From: Nitrospirota bacterium | GTDB lineage: Bacteria; Nitrospirota; UBA9217 | Direction of reading: 5' to 3' | NCBI GenBank assembly: GCA_963740085.1 | Contig: CAVUCU010000003.1 | Location: 32,001-96,000, forward strand | DNA length: 64,000 nucleotides | In this document: positions 50,801 through 64,000 of the stretch, piece after piece | Position numbering within the stretch: position 1 is the stretch's first letter | Layout of the letters: the number at the start of each line of letters is the position of its first letter | The notes under the pieces: generated by a model | Database searches by the model: none | Told to the model about the DNA's origin: nothing | The model's input: only the letters and a program-made list of their open reading frames with translations | Program-made: the position numbers and the translations under genes

Positions 50801-51028
50801 TCAGTCTTTCTTTACCTCAACCCCCTCAAGGTCCTTGAGTATCTTCTCGATCCTCTCCCTGAGATGCACCTGTTTGTCATGGACTTTAGCTGACTTCTGC
50901 GCAACATGACGCGTCTGGCTGAGCTCCTTTTCCAGCTCCCGGACGCGCTTCTTCTGAGAGCGGTTTTCCGTCACAAGCGACTCTACCCTTCTCTCGATCT
51001 CGGCAAATTTTTCCGCAAGGCTGCTCAT
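50801..51028 (-). CDS. small coiled-coil protein, ZapB-like
   Basis: 75 aa heptad pattern ending LRERIEKIL..L. Confidence 0.6.
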   Translation of the reverse strand: MSSLAEKFAEIERRVESLVTENRSQKKRVRELEKELSQTRHVAQKSAKVHDKQVHLRERIEKILKDLEGVEVKKD

Positions 51029-51105
51029 CTCTTTTTCCTCGAAACCACAATCAAAACCGGAGATGCTTTTCTTTGCGAGCTTCGTCTCTTCGCAAGGAAG
51101 TTATT

Positions 51106-53439
51106 TTACTCCGGGGTCCGAAGTCCGAAAGCCTCAACGCCCGCGGTCTTCGCGTAGATCCTTTTATATTCGGCATAATTACGCAGCACTTTTTTTACAT
51201 ATCCGCGCGTCTCGGAATAGGGTATCAACTCGACGAACAGGTCCCGTTCCCCATGATAGCCGTTCTTCGTGATCCACCCCTGGACCGCTTCGGGCCCCGC
51301 ATTATAGGCCGCTGCCACAAGGAGCGGATCGTTGTTGAAACGCTTCATGAGCTGACTGATGTACAAAGTCCCGATGTTTATCGCCGTGTCTGACTCGAAA
51401 AGTTTCTCCCGGTCGAACCCCGAGAACCTGTTCAGCCTGGCAACCCGCTCGCCGGTGGCCGGCATGACCTGCATCAGCCCCCGCGCGCCGGCGGAAGAGA
51501 GCGCATCGGCGCGGAATTGGCTTTCCTCTTTGATGATGGCGGCGATAAAGTAAGGGTCCTGCTTGTACTTTCCGGCATAGGTGACGATGCTCTCCCAGAA
51601 GCCCTTCGGGTAGGCGAGCATCCACAGATCGTCGGACACGCCGGGCGTCGGCCCCTCCAGATAGTGTTCATACTTCCTGAGCACAATGATAAGGGAGTGG
51701 TAATAGTCGCCCATTTCGAAAAATGCCTTGCTCAATCCAATGAGCGGAATGCGCCTTCTCGGCATCCTGTCCTTGAGGGACCACAGTTCGGCTGCGGCCT
51801 CTTTTTTCATATCAAGCTGCATGAGCTCAAGGGTTTTTCCGAGGGAGGGTTCCGCCGCAAGCGTTTGCCTCATCTCTTCCGTCCAGAGGGGCGGTCCGTC
51901 GTCAATATCGAAGGGATACAACGCGCCATCGGGACGCGGCGTCTCCGCTTCCGTCGTCGCAGCACCCGCGTCATCGTCGGCTTTCATGAACAAGTCGTTC
52001 GCCAGGACCGCCTTTCGTTCGACTGCACGGTATCCGTAGTAGGTGTAGGGGCCTGTCTTCAGCACCTGATCGTAGTATATGACCGCCTGGTGAATGTCAT
52101 TCCGCTTTTCGGCCGCCCTGCCCAGCCAGTAGCGGGCCTGATTCACCAGGAACGATCGGGGATAGCGTTTGACCAAATCCTGGAGAATTTGTTCGGCATT
52201 ATCATAGTCGCCTGAGATATAGTTCCACCACGCCTTCCACCAGAGGGCGCTGTCCGCGTACCTGCTGTCAGAATATTCCCGAACCAGTCGGTCGTAGAAA
52301 TAGAGCGCCTTCTGCATGTCGCCTGCTTCCCGGAATATGTTGCCGGTAAGAAAGATCGCGTCATCGCACCACTCACTCTCGGGAAAGCCCTCAAGAAGTT
52401 TCTCGAACGTCTTCGTCCCCCGGTCCCAGTCGCCGAGCTTGCTGTAGGACTTCCCCAGCCAGTACAGCGCCTCGGATGTTCTCGCATCGGAAGGATACTC
52501 CTGTATCATCTTTTCAAGGATGACCGCGGCCTCTGCCCGTTTCCCGAGATAATAAAGCGACACCCCGGTGCGGTACAATGCATCGGAACGTTCCGGCGCG
52601 CCCGGTTCTTTATCAAGGAACTTCATGAACGTCTCGACCGCCTTGTCATGCTGGCCGGCCCGGAACAGGTTCCTGCCGCGTTCGTACAGTTCTGCGGAAG
52701 TGAGTTCGGGGATTTCCGCACCGCCCGCTTTGAGCAGGTTCAGTGCTTTTTCAACGTCCTGGTCGTTCGGATTGCCGGGATACTTGACCCAGACGTCCTG
52801 GTACGCCCGTACTGCCCGGCCAAGATCCGCTTCCGCGATCAGTGCGCGTCCAAGTCCCAGACCCGCGGCGGGGGCGAACTCCGAAAGGGGGTTGTTCTGC
52901 AGGAACGTGTCGTACGCCTCCACCGCCTGCGGGTATGCATAAGATTCGAAGAGCGCCTGCGCGCGCTTGAAGGCGGCACGCGCGATGAGGGAGCTCTTGG
53001 GATATCGCTCGATCACCTGCCCGTACAAGGCGGCCGCCTCCGAATACCGGGAATGTGCGAAATGATAATCCGCCAGGAGCAAGACCGCAAAGTCGGCAAG
53101 CTCGGGGTATTCGGCCTGCGCGCGGAGCATTGCTGCATCGGCCTCAGAGGTCCGGTCAAGCTGGATGAGTGCCTGTTCCGTCAGGAACAATGTCCGTTTA
53201 TACCAGGGAGTGTCCGGATAGAGTTCAATGACCCGGTGCGCAAGGAAGAGCGTGTTCCCGGCATTTCCCGCTTTATAAGCATCTCGTGCCGCCCTGAAGC
53301 CCAGTTCGGCATCGGACACAGGGGCCGCGATTCGTGAAGAAGGCGCACCAGACAAGCCCGGAAGATGAGCCTTTCCGCCTGCGCAAGCCGAAATGATCAG
53401 GAGCCCGGAAAGTAACGCGATGTTTTTCAGGTAACTCAT
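51106..53439 (-). CDS. TPR-containing soluble lytic transglycosylase lipoprotein
   Basis: Lipobox IISAC, BamD-like TPRs, SLT motifs IKEESQF, GA.GLMQ, AAYNAG, ETRGYVKKV. Confidence 0.9.
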   Translation of the reverse strand: MSYLKNIALLSGLLIISACAGGKAHLPGLSGAPSSRIAAPVSDAELGFRAARDAYKAGNAGNTLFLAHRVIELYPDTPWYKRTLFLTEQALIQLDRTSEADAAMLRAQAEYPELADFAVLLLADYHFAHSRYSEAAALYGQVIERYPKSSLIARAAFKRAQALFESYAYPQAVEAYDTFLQNNPLSEFAPAAGLGLGRALIAEADLGRAVRAYQDVWVKYPGNPNDQDVEKALNLLKAGGAEIPELTSAELYERGRNLFRAGQHDKAVETFMKFLDKEPGAPERSDALYRTGVSLYYLGKRAEAAVILEKMIQEYPSDARTSEALYWLGKSYSKLGDWDRGTKTFEKLLEGFPESEWCDDAIFLTGNIFREAGDMQKALYFYDRLVREYSDSRYADSALWWKAWWNYISGDYDNAEQILQDLVKRYPRSFLVNQARYWLGRAAEKRNDIHQAVIYYDQVLKTGPYTYYGYRAVERKAVLANDLFMKADDDAGAATTEAETPRPDGALYPFDIDDGPPLWTEEMRQTLAAEPSLGKTLELMQLDMKKEAAAELWSLKDRMPRRRIPLIGLSKAFFEMGDYYHSLIIVLRKYEHYLEGPTPGVSDDLWMLAYPKGFWESIVTYAGKYKQDPYFIAAIIKEESQFRADALSSAGARGLMQVMPATGERVARLNRFSGFDREKLFESDTAINIGTLYISQLMKRFNNDPLLVAAAYNAGPEAVQGWITKNGYHGERDLFVELIPYSETRGYVKKVLRNYAEYKRIYAKTAGVEAFGLRTPE

Positions 53440-53483
53440 TTTTTTGAGAGGTCGTCTTCAACTGCAGCAACAACCTGCATATT

Positions 53484-53512
53484 ATAATATAGTCCCTTGC
53501 CGGGCATGTCAA
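53484..53512 (-). promoter_or_regulatory. sigma70-type promoter of the slt gene
   Basis: Minus strand TTGACA-17 nt-TATTAT. Confidence 0.6.
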
Positions 53513-53720
53513 TAGCAGTTATGCCTGAGACCGGGCAGACTATCGCCCTGAAAATGTCAGGATTCAGTCTGCTCAGAACGGCGAGAAAATCTTGAGGACT
53601 TATCGCGAATGAGACGAAAACGAAGAATTACCCAAATAAAACCGGAAGATCTGTTTTTTTCGTGACATTCGGGTAATTCGTGAAATTCGCGTTCAAAGGG
53701 TTTTTCCCGGCCTGTCCTGG

Positions 53721-54410
53721 TTAACTATGACGAAGGAAACGCGGCAACTGGGCCGATGCGGTTTTAAGGCGCAGAATGAAGCGTTCTTCATAAGAGGTTA
53801 TTGTGTCGGCGGTCCCGGAGGAAGGAACAGGCGGTGTGTCAGGGCTGTAGACGAAAAGGTGAAACGCTACCGAGGTGACCGGTCGGTCGGGAAGCGGCAG
53901 CTGTTCGATTTCATTCACAAACTCGATCCACCGGTCCGCCATCCGGATTTGCAGGGCCGTATCCTGTGATGCCAAATAATCTCCCACTGTTCTTGCGGGC
54001 TCGGGCGCCAGACCGTCGCAACGGTTCCGTCCCGGCAGGACAAACCTGGACTGAATACCATCAAATACGCGACCGATCGGGAAGAGCCTGCATGCGAGCG
54101 GCCGGGCCTTATAGATGCGACAGCCCTTCTCTGTCCAGAAGTGACAGGCGGGGTCACGCGGGAGCATGACCAAAGGAAAACCATCCGCTCGTTCCGTATC
54201 GACAATGTCGAGCAGGTCCTCATAGCTCATGTTGCCTTCACTGCAGATGAGCGCGACCTCGTAGGGATTAAGGACGATGGGAGCGCCCGCCTTGCAGCAA
54301 TTCGAGTCGCAACCGCCGGTCCCGCACGACAGCTGCAGCAGATCGGTTTCCTCAAGCACCGCGGCATCGGCGCCGGCGATCCTGATTGATATTGACGGAT
54401 TATTTGACAT
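53721..54410 (-). CDS. YkgJ family cysteine-cluster protein
   Basis: C...GC..NCC, C.F....GC.IY.ARP.ACRLFP. Confidence 0.85.
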   Translation of the reverse strand: MSNNPSISIRIAGADAAVLEETDLLQLSCGTGGCDSNCCKAGAPIVLNPYEVALICSEGNMSYEDLLDIVDTERADGFPLVMLPRDPACHFWTEKGCRIYKARPLACRLFPIGRVFDGIQSRFVLPGRNRCDGLAPEPARTVGDYLASQDTALQIRMADRWIEFVNEIEQLPLPDRPVTSVAFHLFVYSPDTPPVPSSGTADTITSYEERFILRLKTASAQLPRFLRHS

Positions 54411-54591
54411 CAGTTTGACAAATGTATTGGACGCGAAATTTCGCGGACAAAAGCAGATACCCCTTATGCACGGGGCAGAAATTATCCACCCGCATAATAG
54501 TACGTAACGCGCCGTCTCCGTGAGGAACCTCACCGCGTGAATGTGACAGGTTGCCTCTGCGTCCTCTGCGGTGAGATCAACAGCCCCGCCC

Positions 54592-55497
54592 TTACTTCGT
54601 GATCAATCTTCCGCCCGCCTTCGCCTGCCACACCACCAGGATGGGACTGGCGACGAACACCGACGAGTAGGTTCCCACCATCACGCCCAGGAGCAGCGCG
54701 ATCGAGAAGTCATGCAGCACCTCGCCGCCGAAAAGGACGAGTGGAATGAGCACGATGACCACGGTGAGCGAGGTAATGACGGTCCGGGACAGTACTTCGT
54801 TGAGGCTTCTGTTCACCAACTCGGGCAGTTTGTCTTTCTTGTTTCGCCTCAGATTTTCCCTGATCCGGTCGAATACCACCACCGTGTCCGTGAGCGAGTA
54901 GCCGGCGAGCGTGAGCAGAGCCGTGACGATCAGAAGGTTGATCTCCCAGTTCAGGATGTAGAAGATGCCGAGCACGGCGAGCACATCGTGCATGGTCGCA
55001 ATAGCGGCTGCCACGCCGAACTTAAACTCGAACCGGAACGCAATATAGATAATGATCGCGATCATCGAAACCGTGATAGCTACGAGCGCGTCGCGCTGCA
55101 CCGCTTTTCCGATCACCGGCCCGATCTCCATGATGCTTTCGACCTCAAAAGGATTGTTCGGGAACCCCTGTTTGAAGAGGTTCTGGATCTTGTCGGACGT
55201 CCCCTCTGACTCCCGGACCCTGATCAGGATCTTGTTCCCCTCTCCGACATGCTGGATCGAGGCTCCCACGAACCCGTTCTTATCGAGGGCGACGCGCGCT
55301 TTTTCTACCGGCATCGGTTCCTTGAAGCTGAGCTGCATCGTGGTGCCGCCCACGAAGTCGATGCCCAGGTTCGCCTTGCCCCGGCCGATCTGGATCAGAC
55401 CGACGATACCGAGAGCGATCAGCAGGGCCGAGATCGTGAATGAGATGTTCTTCCACCCCATGAAATCGATATTCGTTTTATGCAATATTTGAAGCAT
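54592..55497 (-). CDS. secF: protein translocase subunit SecF
   Basis: LGIDFVGG, RFE..F, HDV, GYSL.DTVVVFDRIRE, SRT..TS, GTYSS. Confidence 0.96.
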   Translation of the reverse strand: MLQILHKTNIDFMGWKNISFTISALLIALGIVGLIQIGRGKANLGIDFVGGTTMQLSFKEPMPVEKARVALDKNGFVGASIQHVGEGNKILIRVRESEGTSDKIQNLFKQGFPNNPFEVESIMEIGPVIGKAVQRDALVAITVSMIAIIIYIAFRFEFKFGVAAAIATMHDVLAVLGIFYILNWEINLLIVTALLTLAGYSLTDTVVVFDRIRENLRRNKKDKLPELVNRSLNEVLSRTVITSLTVVIVLIPLVLFGGEVLHDFSIALLLGVMVGTYSSVFVASPILVVWQAKAGGRLITK

Positions 55498-55614
55498 TTC
55501 AACCTCCGACAAACCTTTATTTTAACCACAGGGATCACAGAGAGCTCAGAGAAAAACTTTCACAAAAAAGTCCCGAACTCTGTGTCTCTGTGGTAAATCT
55601 TGATTGTTTTTTCT

Positions 55615-57186
55615 TTAAATACTGAGTTTCTCCAGCTTCCATTTCGCATTGATGATATCGAAGATCACCTTGGTGCCCACGAGGGCGGAATACAGGTTGA
55701 TGATGATGCCGAGGCTGAGTGTCACCGCAAATCCCTTAATGGCTCCCGTGCCGAACAGGAACAGCGCCGCCGCCGTAATAAGGGTGGTCACGTGCGAGTC
55801 AAGGATCGTGAGGAACGCCTTATCGTATCCCGAGTCGACCGCGGGCCTCGGTTGTTTGCCGGCGCGGATCTCCTCTCGAATGCGCTCGAACATCAGCACG
55901 TTCGAGTCCACCCCCATGCCTATGGTGAGGATGATGCCCGCAATGCCCGGCAGCGTGAGCGTGGCATTCAAAAGCGCCATGGCGCCCAGAAGAAGGACCA
56001 TGTTCAGGACCACGGCGTAGTCCGCGATGAGCCCCGACATCCGGTAATAAACGACCATGAAAATGACCACGAACAGACCGCCGAACAGCGCGGCCCGAAC
56101 GCCTTTGTCGATGGAATCCTGTCCGAGAGACGGACCGACGGTCACGTTCTGCACGATCTTCATGGGCGCCGGAAGGGATTCACGCAGCACGATCGCGAGC
56201 TTCGCGGCTTCGTCGTGAGTAAAGTTTCCGGTGATCTGGGCGTTCCCGCCGCTGATCCGGTCCTGGATCCGCGGGGCGGAGTACACCACCCCGTCAAGTA
56301 CGATGGCGAGCTGCTTGCCGACGTTGTCGCCGGTGACGCGGTCGAATATCTTCGCTCCTTCGTTATCAAATGAAATAGAGATCGCCGGCTTGTTAAATTG
56401 GTCAATGCCGACCTTGGCCTCTTTCAAGCGGTCGCCGGTCAGGAGTGTCTGACTATATACAAGGTACGGTCGTTTGTTGACCTTCCCGCTCTCGTCAACG
56501 TCTTCACCGTAAAGCACTTCGCTGTCAGCAGGAACCTGGCCGGCCAGCGCCTTCTGCAGGTCACCCGTAGTGTTCAGAAGCTTGAACTCCAGCCTGCCGG
56601 CGGTCTTGATGAACGCGATCGCCTCCTGCGGGTTTTTCACGCCCGGAAGCTGCAGCGCGATCTGATCGTTCTCCTGCCGGTAAATGGCTGGTTCGGCCAC
56701 ACCGTACTTGTCCACCCTCCGACGGGTGCGATCGAGCGCCTGCGTCACGGCCCACTCCTTGAGCCGCCTGACCTCGGCCGCCTTCAAGGCGTAGACCAGC
56801 TCTCCCTTGGCCCGGTTCTTTATCTCCACGATGGCATAGTTGTCCTTTACGAGCTTCTCGACCTTATCGGCAAGTGAATCGTCGAATTTTGCGGTGATGT
56901 CCTGTCCCGTTCTGCTGAAGACCGCCGCGAGTTTCTCCGACGACGCCGAGGTCTGGAGGTCGGCCACGATATTGTCCACGGACGACTCCACTGCCTTGGC
57001 AGTGTCCACCTCCATAACGAGGTGGCTCCCGCCCCTGAGATCAAGTCCCAGCGAGATCTTGGGCACGCTCTGCCTCCACCAGTCCGGCAGCCCGGATGAC
57101 AATGGCGTTGACGGTACGAACAAAAACAGCGCGATAGCGACGGACAGGGCGATGAGCGCCACTCTCCATTGAATACTCTTCTTCAT
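55615..57186 (-). CDS. secD: protein translocase subunit SecD
   Basis: LGLDLRGG, GVAEP, VGPSLG, LTLPGIAG, GMGVDSNVL.FERIREE, KGFAVTL. Confidence 0.96.
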   Translation of the reverse strand: MKKSIQWRVALIALSVAIALFLFVPSTPLSSGLPDWWRQSVPKISLGLDLRGGSHLVMEVDTAKAVESSVDNIVADLQTSASSEKLAAVFSRTGQDITAKFDDSLADKVEKLVKDNYAIVEIKNRAKGELVYALKAAEVRRLKEWAVTQALDRTRRRVDKYGVAEPAIYRQENDQIALQLPGVKNPQEAIAFIKTAGRLEFKLLNTTGDLQKALAGQVPADSEVLYGEDVDESGKVNKRPYLVYSQTLLTGDRLKEAKVGIDQFNKPAISISFDNEGAKIFDRVTGDNVGKQLAIVLDGVVYSAPRIQDRISGGNAQITGNFTHDEAAKLAIVLRESLPAPMKIVQNVTVGPSLGQDSIDKGVRAALFGGLFVVIFMVVYYRMSGLIADYAVVLNMVLLLGAMALLNATLTLPGIAGIILTIGMGVDSNVLMFERIREEIRAGKQPRPAVDSGYDKAFLTILDSHVTTLITAAALFLFGTGAIKGFAVTLSLGIIINLYSALVGTKVIFDIINAKWKLEKLSI

Positions 57187-57207
57187 TCAAACACCTCCTC
57201 AAAAGAT

Positions 57208-57302
57208 CAATGCAAACTGAAAATCTTCAAAATGCAAATTGCAAATTGTATCGGCTTTTCCTTATACTGTTTTTCACTTTGCATTATACATTTTGCATTT
57301 TG
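57208..57302. repeat. AAATGCA heptamer-built inverted repeat
   Basis: AATGCAA-type arm and TTGCATT-type arm; similar copies at 57678-57770 and 61347-61440. Confidence 0.7.
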
Positions 57303-57311
57303 TCTTAATTT

Positions 57312-57647
57312 CTACTTTTTCCCTTCCTCCGGCTTCACGACATCTCCCACCGATCCCCGGGTGATCTTCACCTTGACGCCTTCGGCGATCTTGACGGTGA
57401 GGGTATCGGCGTTCACCCCCTCGACCGTACCGTAGATGCCGCCGGCCGTGACGACCTCGTCGCCTTTTTTGATCGCTTCCAGCATCGCCTTATGCTCCTT
57501 CATCTTCTTCTGTTGCGGACGGATCATGATGAAATAGAAAATGGCGAAGATCACGACCATCATGATGATTCCCTGATACCCGCCGCCTCCCTGGGCCGCC
57601 GCATTGCCTCCTGGTGCTCCCATTGCGTAAGCTGTTGCGATAAACAT
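57312..57647 (-). CDS. yajC: preprotein translocase subunit YajC
   Basis: IFYF..IRPQQK, KGDEVVT.GG.YG. Confidence 0.95.
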   Translation of the reverse strand: MFIATAYAMGAPGGNAAAQGGGGYQGIIMMVVIFAIFYFIMIRPQQKKMKEHKAMLEAIKKGDEVVTAGGIYGTVEGVNADTLTVKIAEGVKVKITRGSVGDVVKPEEGKK

Positions 57648-57761
57648 GTCTACCTCCTCAATAATATAATTACTATTTCAAATCGCAGAACGCAAACAGT
57701 AAACTGCACATTGAACGGATGTCAAATTCAAAATCATTTTACACTTTGCAATCTGCATTTT

Positions 57762-60635
<2,874 letters not shown>

Positions 60636-60646
60636 GAATTATTTTT

Positions 60647-60724
60647 CCTCAACCCTGACCTTCTCCCCGCCGGAGCGAGGGTATACCTTCCTCTCCCCCA
60701 GGGGAGAGGTCCGAGGTGAGGGGG
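60647..60724. repeat. CCTCACC...GGTGAGG double-hairpin REP-like element
   Basis: CCTCTCCCC-CA-GGGGAGAGG stem inside outer arms; similar to 38729-38832. Confidence 0.65.
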
Positions 60725-60885
60725 AACCGAGCTTCCGACATCAGATCATGAATTACCCGTGAAATAGGCAATTCCGTTGCATTACAAGCAAGAAAGTATA
60801 TCGTATCTTCAAAAAAAGTCAATAAAATAATCCCTTTACTTAGCAAAATCGGTGTGGTATTTTATTATCAGAGGAGTAAATAAGT

Positions 60886-61341
60886 ATGTGGGTCCAGATG
60901 AATGTAAATACCATCCTCTTTGACAGCAGGAACAGCAGTTATATCGTCGTGCTGAAAGATGAAACAGGAAAGAAGATCCTGCCGATCTGGATCGGGGCCG
61001 CGGAGGGAAACTCCATTGCCTTGGCCCTGAGCAACGTCAAACCTGCCCGTCCCCTCACCCATGATCTCATCGTCAGTATCTTCGACCGCCTGGAGGTCGA
61101 GATCGCCCGTGTGGTCATCAGCGACCTTATCGAGAATACGTTCTACGCATCACTTTATCTTCTGCACAATAACAAGGAGTTCCATATCGATTCCCGACCC
61201 AGCGACGCCATCGCAGTCGCAATCCGGATCAATGCACCGGTGTTTGTGGAAGAGGAAGTGATAGCCAAGCAGGATTCGACGACGCTCGACACCTGGATGA
61301 AGAACCTCGGAGAGAGCGGCGGGACGGAATATAACGCGTAA
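60886..61341 (+). CDS. bifunctional nuclease (DUF151) family protein
   Basis: LPIWIG..E, RPLTHDL, TFYA.L, IDSRPSDAIA.A. Confidence 0.92.
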   Translation: MWVQMNVNTILFDSRNSSYIVVLKDETGKKILPIWIGAAEGNSIALALSNVKPARPLTHDLIVSIFDRLEVEIARVVISDLIENTFYASLYLLHNNKEFHIDSRPSDAIAVAIRINAPVFVEEEVIAKQDSTTLDTWMKNLGESGGTEYNA

Positions 61342-61346
61342 GTAAA

Positions 61347-61440
61347 GCAATGCAAAATTCAAAATGCAAATGGTAAAATGCAAAATCCAATGAGTGCACA
61401 GCTTTTCCTTCCCTTTTGCACTTTTCATTTTGCATTTTGA
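61347..61440. repeat. AAATGCA heptamer-built inverted repeat
   Basis: AATGCAAAATTCAAAATGCAAA ... TTTTCATTTTGCATTTTGA between convergent genes. Confidence 0.75.
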
Positions 61441-61455
61441 CTTGTCTTCATATCT

Positions 61456-62055
61456 TCATATTCCCCACCTTGGCGCCAGATCGTTCTCGACCCCCATACT
61501 GTCCAGTACCCGTCCCGCAATGAAGTCCACCATGTCAGAAATATGCTCTGGGTGATGATAGAATGCGGGCATGGCCGGGATAATATGGCAACCAAGTTCG
61601 GCCAGGGTGAGCATGTTCCTGAGATGGATGGCCGAAAGCGGCGTCTCGCGCGGCACGAGGATCAGTTTTCGTTTCTCCTTGATCATGACGTCCGCAGCGC
61701 GCTGAATAAGGTTCGAGGCGAAGCCATGCGCGATCGCCGCCAGCGTCTTCATGGAACAGGGTACCACGACCATGGCGTCCACCTTGACCGACCCGCTCGC
61801 GATTGTCGCGTACATGTAATCTTCGTCAAAGTACGTGATCTGCCCTTCTTTGGCCCCGAAGTGCTTCTCAATCTCGAATTGAACATCGGTCTCCGAGCCT
61901 TTAAGTTTGAGTTCCGTTTCATCGTGCAGGATGGACAAACCGTCACCGGAAATACAAATGAAGATATTGTGGCCTTTTTTAATGAGAACCTGAAGCACCC
62001 GGTAGGCGTAAGGTGCGCCTGACGCCCCACTGATCGCTACCGTATACGTTGACAT
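61456..62055 (-). CDS. ubiX: flavin prenyltransferase UbiX
   Basis: ISGASGA.Y, IASGS, PCSMKTL, RAADV..KE.R.L.LVPRETP, PAFY..P. Confidence 0.94.
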   Translation of the reverse strand: MSTYTVAISGASGAPYAYRVLQVLIKKGHNIFICISGDGLSILHDETELKLKGSETDVQFEIEKHFGAKEGQITYFDEDYMYATIASGSVKVDAMVVVPCSMKTLAAIAHGFASNLIQRAADVMIKEKRKLILVPRETPLSAIHLRNMLTLAELGCHIIPAMPAFYHHPEHISDMVDFIAGRVLDSMGVENDLAPRWGI

Positions 62056-62128
62056 GCGTGTTACCCCCTTTTTTGAGCTCTGCGGGTGCGGCACGCGTCG
62101 CCCATTGAATTCAGAATACAAACATCAT

Positions 62129-62707
62129 TCAAAGCACAAAAGGAATGAACATCTTCGTTCGCTTCATATAGTCTCCATAGGGAACGCCGAAAAACTCCCT
62201 GTTCTCCCTCTCTTCCACCTTTGCCGCCACGACCAGGTTGAAGGTCACGATGACGGCCAGCAAGGCTGCCAACCAGGACGGGGCCTTCAAAAAAACACCC
62301 CACGTCAGCAGGAGGAGCGAGGTAATAAGTGGATGGCGGATGTGCTTATATGCCCCCACCGTGACCAGTACGGTCGTTTTCTCGATCCAGAAAAGGGCAG
62401 GATCTCTCCGTCGGTCGTCTGGCTTCCCCGCCTTCCGCAACAGCAGAAATCCGTCGATCGCCAAAAACAGGGAAACGGCCAGACACGACTCGGCGATGAT
62501 CTGACGCAAACTGGACGGTCTGTATATCCAATGCTGGACATCAAGATGCAATAAAATAAGAATTGAAAGGACTTCCCATGCGAAGAACCGGTAAAAGCCA
62601 TGAAATCGAAAACTGCGCAAGGGCACGCGCGAAACGCGTACCATGCCGGCCGACGCAATGATGAAAAGCCCGATTTTGAACGATATCTCCATAATTCGAT
62701 ATCTCAT
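62129..62707 (-). CDS. isoprenylcysteine carboxyl methyltransferase (ICMT/PEMT) family membrane protein
   Basis: LVT.G.Y..IRHP, EE.E....FG..Y..Y...T..FIP. Confidence 0.85.
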   Translation of the reverse strand: MRYRIMEISFKIGLFIIASAGMVRVSRVPLRSFRFHGFYRFFAWEVLSILILLHLDVQHWIYRPSSLRQIIAESCLAVSLFLAIDGFLLLRKAGKPDDRRRDPALFWIEKTTVLVTVGAYKHIRHPLITSLLLLTWGVFLKAPSWLAALLAVIVTFNLVVAAKVEERENREFFGVPYGDYMKRTKMFIPFVL

Positions 62708-62710
62708 CTC

Positions 62711-63958
62711 CTAATTGTTTGTCATCTGGGTCCGCGGTCCGCCGACAGACAGAGCCGACAGCATCACGCCCGCCAGCATCGCCAATCCCGCGCCCATGCC
62801 GAATGCCGCGGCCGCGCCGAACTTCTGCCAGACCAGGCCAAAGAGCAGCGAGGCGGGAAACGCGCCGAAACCGACGGCAAGATGATAGAGGCCGAAGGCG
62901 GAGCCGCGCAAATGCGACGGCGCAAAGTCAGCAACAAGCGCCTTCTCCACCCCTTCGGTCAAACCGAAGTATATCCCGTACACCATGAACAAAGCCCACA
63001 CATGCCACTGAGTGCTTGCTAACGCAAACCCCCCATAGACCAGCGCGTACACGATCCATCCCGCGATGATCACTTTCTTTCTGCCGATACGGTCCGACAG
63101 GATTCCGCCCGGGACCGAGAACCCCATTTTGACCACATGGAGCGCCACCCAGATCGAGGGCAAAAGCGTTATCGGCACTCCAAGCTGCTGGGCGCGCAGG
63201 AGCAGAAACGCGTCCGCTGAATTTCCAAGCGTGAAGGCCAGGACGATCGCGAGGTATTTTCGAAATCCCGCAGGCATTTGGGCCCACGCGGCCCGGAAAT
63301 TGAACCCGCTCGACGGAACTTGCCGCTGCCCGTCCGCAGGGCTTTCCTTCAAACCGGCAAAGAGGAGGAACACTGCCAGGAGGCCGGGGATGAACGATAG
63401 AAGAAAAATGGTCTTGAGGTTCTCCTGCGGAGTACCATGGAGAAGCAGAAGCAGGCCGGTCGCAAGGAGCGGGCCGATTATTGCTCCCCCGTTGTCCATC
63501 GCCCGGTGGAACCCGTAGGCCATGCCCCGGAACTCAGTCGGTGTCGAGTCAGCGATGATCGCATCGCGCGGCGATGTGCGCAGCCCCTTACCTACACGGT
63601 CGGAGAAACGGAGCGCCAGCACCTGGGGCCATGAAGAGGCAACGGCAATGAGCGGCCGGATCACGTTGGAGATGGAATAACCGGCAACGATCCAGCCTTT
63701 CCGCCGTTTCACCCGGTCCGAAAAGTAGCCGGAGGTGAGCTTCAGAAACGATGCCGTGGATTCGGCGATCCCTTCGATGATCCCGAGCGCCGCTGGCCCC
63801 GCGCCGAGCACGGCGGTGAGAAAGACCGGCAGGAGCGGGTAGATCATTTCCGATGCACCGTCGTTCAGAAGGCTGACGAATCCGAGTATAACGACGTTTC
63901 TGGTAAGGCCCTTTCGCCAGGGGGGCCGCGTTGGTTCCGTTTTAGTCATCGCAGACAT
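62711..63958 (-). CDS. MFS transporter
   Basis: SLLND.ASEMIYPLLP, DRVGKG.RT.PRDA, G.LSDRIGR. Confidence 0.9.
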   Translation of the reverse strand: MSAMTKTEPTRPPWRKGLTRNVVILGFVSLLNDGASEMIYPLLPVFLTAVLGAGPAALGIIEGIAESTASFLKLTSGYFSDRVKRRKGWIVAGYSISNVIRPLIAVASSWPQVLALRFSDRVGKGLRTSPRDAIIADSTPTEFRGMAYGFHRAMDNGGAIIGPLLATGLLLLLHGTPQENLKTIFLLSFIPGLLAVFLLFAGLKESPADGQRQVPSSGFNFRAAWAQMPAGFRKYLAIVLAFTLGNSADAFLLLRAQQLGVPITLLPSIWVALHVVKMGFSVPGGILSDRIGRKKVIIAGWIVYALVYGGFALASTQWHVWALFMVYGIYFGLTEGVEKALVADFAPSHLRGSAFGLYHLAVGFGAFPASLLFGLVWQKFGAAAAFGMGAGLAMLAGVMLSALSVGGPRTQMTNN

Positions 63959-64000
63959 AATGAGTGCTGACTTTACCCGATTTGGGACATTTTTTCAATA

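Overview
GC-rich bacterial chromosome segment, mostly housekeeping genes. Gene content suggests an anaerobic Nitrospirota/Desulfobacterota-like organism (inference only). It carries yebC-ruvCAB-queH-spoIID, degQ, bioA, a yceD-rpmF-plsX-fabH-fabD-fabG-acpP-fabF-rnc operon, an oxidative/non-oxidative pentose phosphate cluster, tgt-yajC-secDF, argS and ubiX. Five things stand out. (1) An acyl-CoA dehydrogenase plus EtfB and ferredoxin-fused EtfA sit inside the fatty-acid synthesis operon, which has no enoyl-ACP reductase gene. (2) An integron-type cassette array follows rnc, with four clear attC sites, one eroded attC and an attI-like junction but no integrase in the window; its first cassette encodes a HEPN (AbiU2-like) protein plus a small membrane protein. 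(3) An ArsS-family radical SAM gene has a UGA-selenocysteine and SECIS hairpin missed by the ORF track, and heads a co-oriented sugar/NADPH/disulfide-reductase cluster. (4) An unannotated 40-aa RRSGxDRR-repeat microprotein lies just upstream of a tandem PilZ gene. (5) Many intergenic palindromic repeats are present. argS and an lpxR-like gene are broken by indels, possibly sequencing errors. No rRNA, tRNA or CRISPR array was seen. All calls come from reading sequence and motifs; no searches were run.
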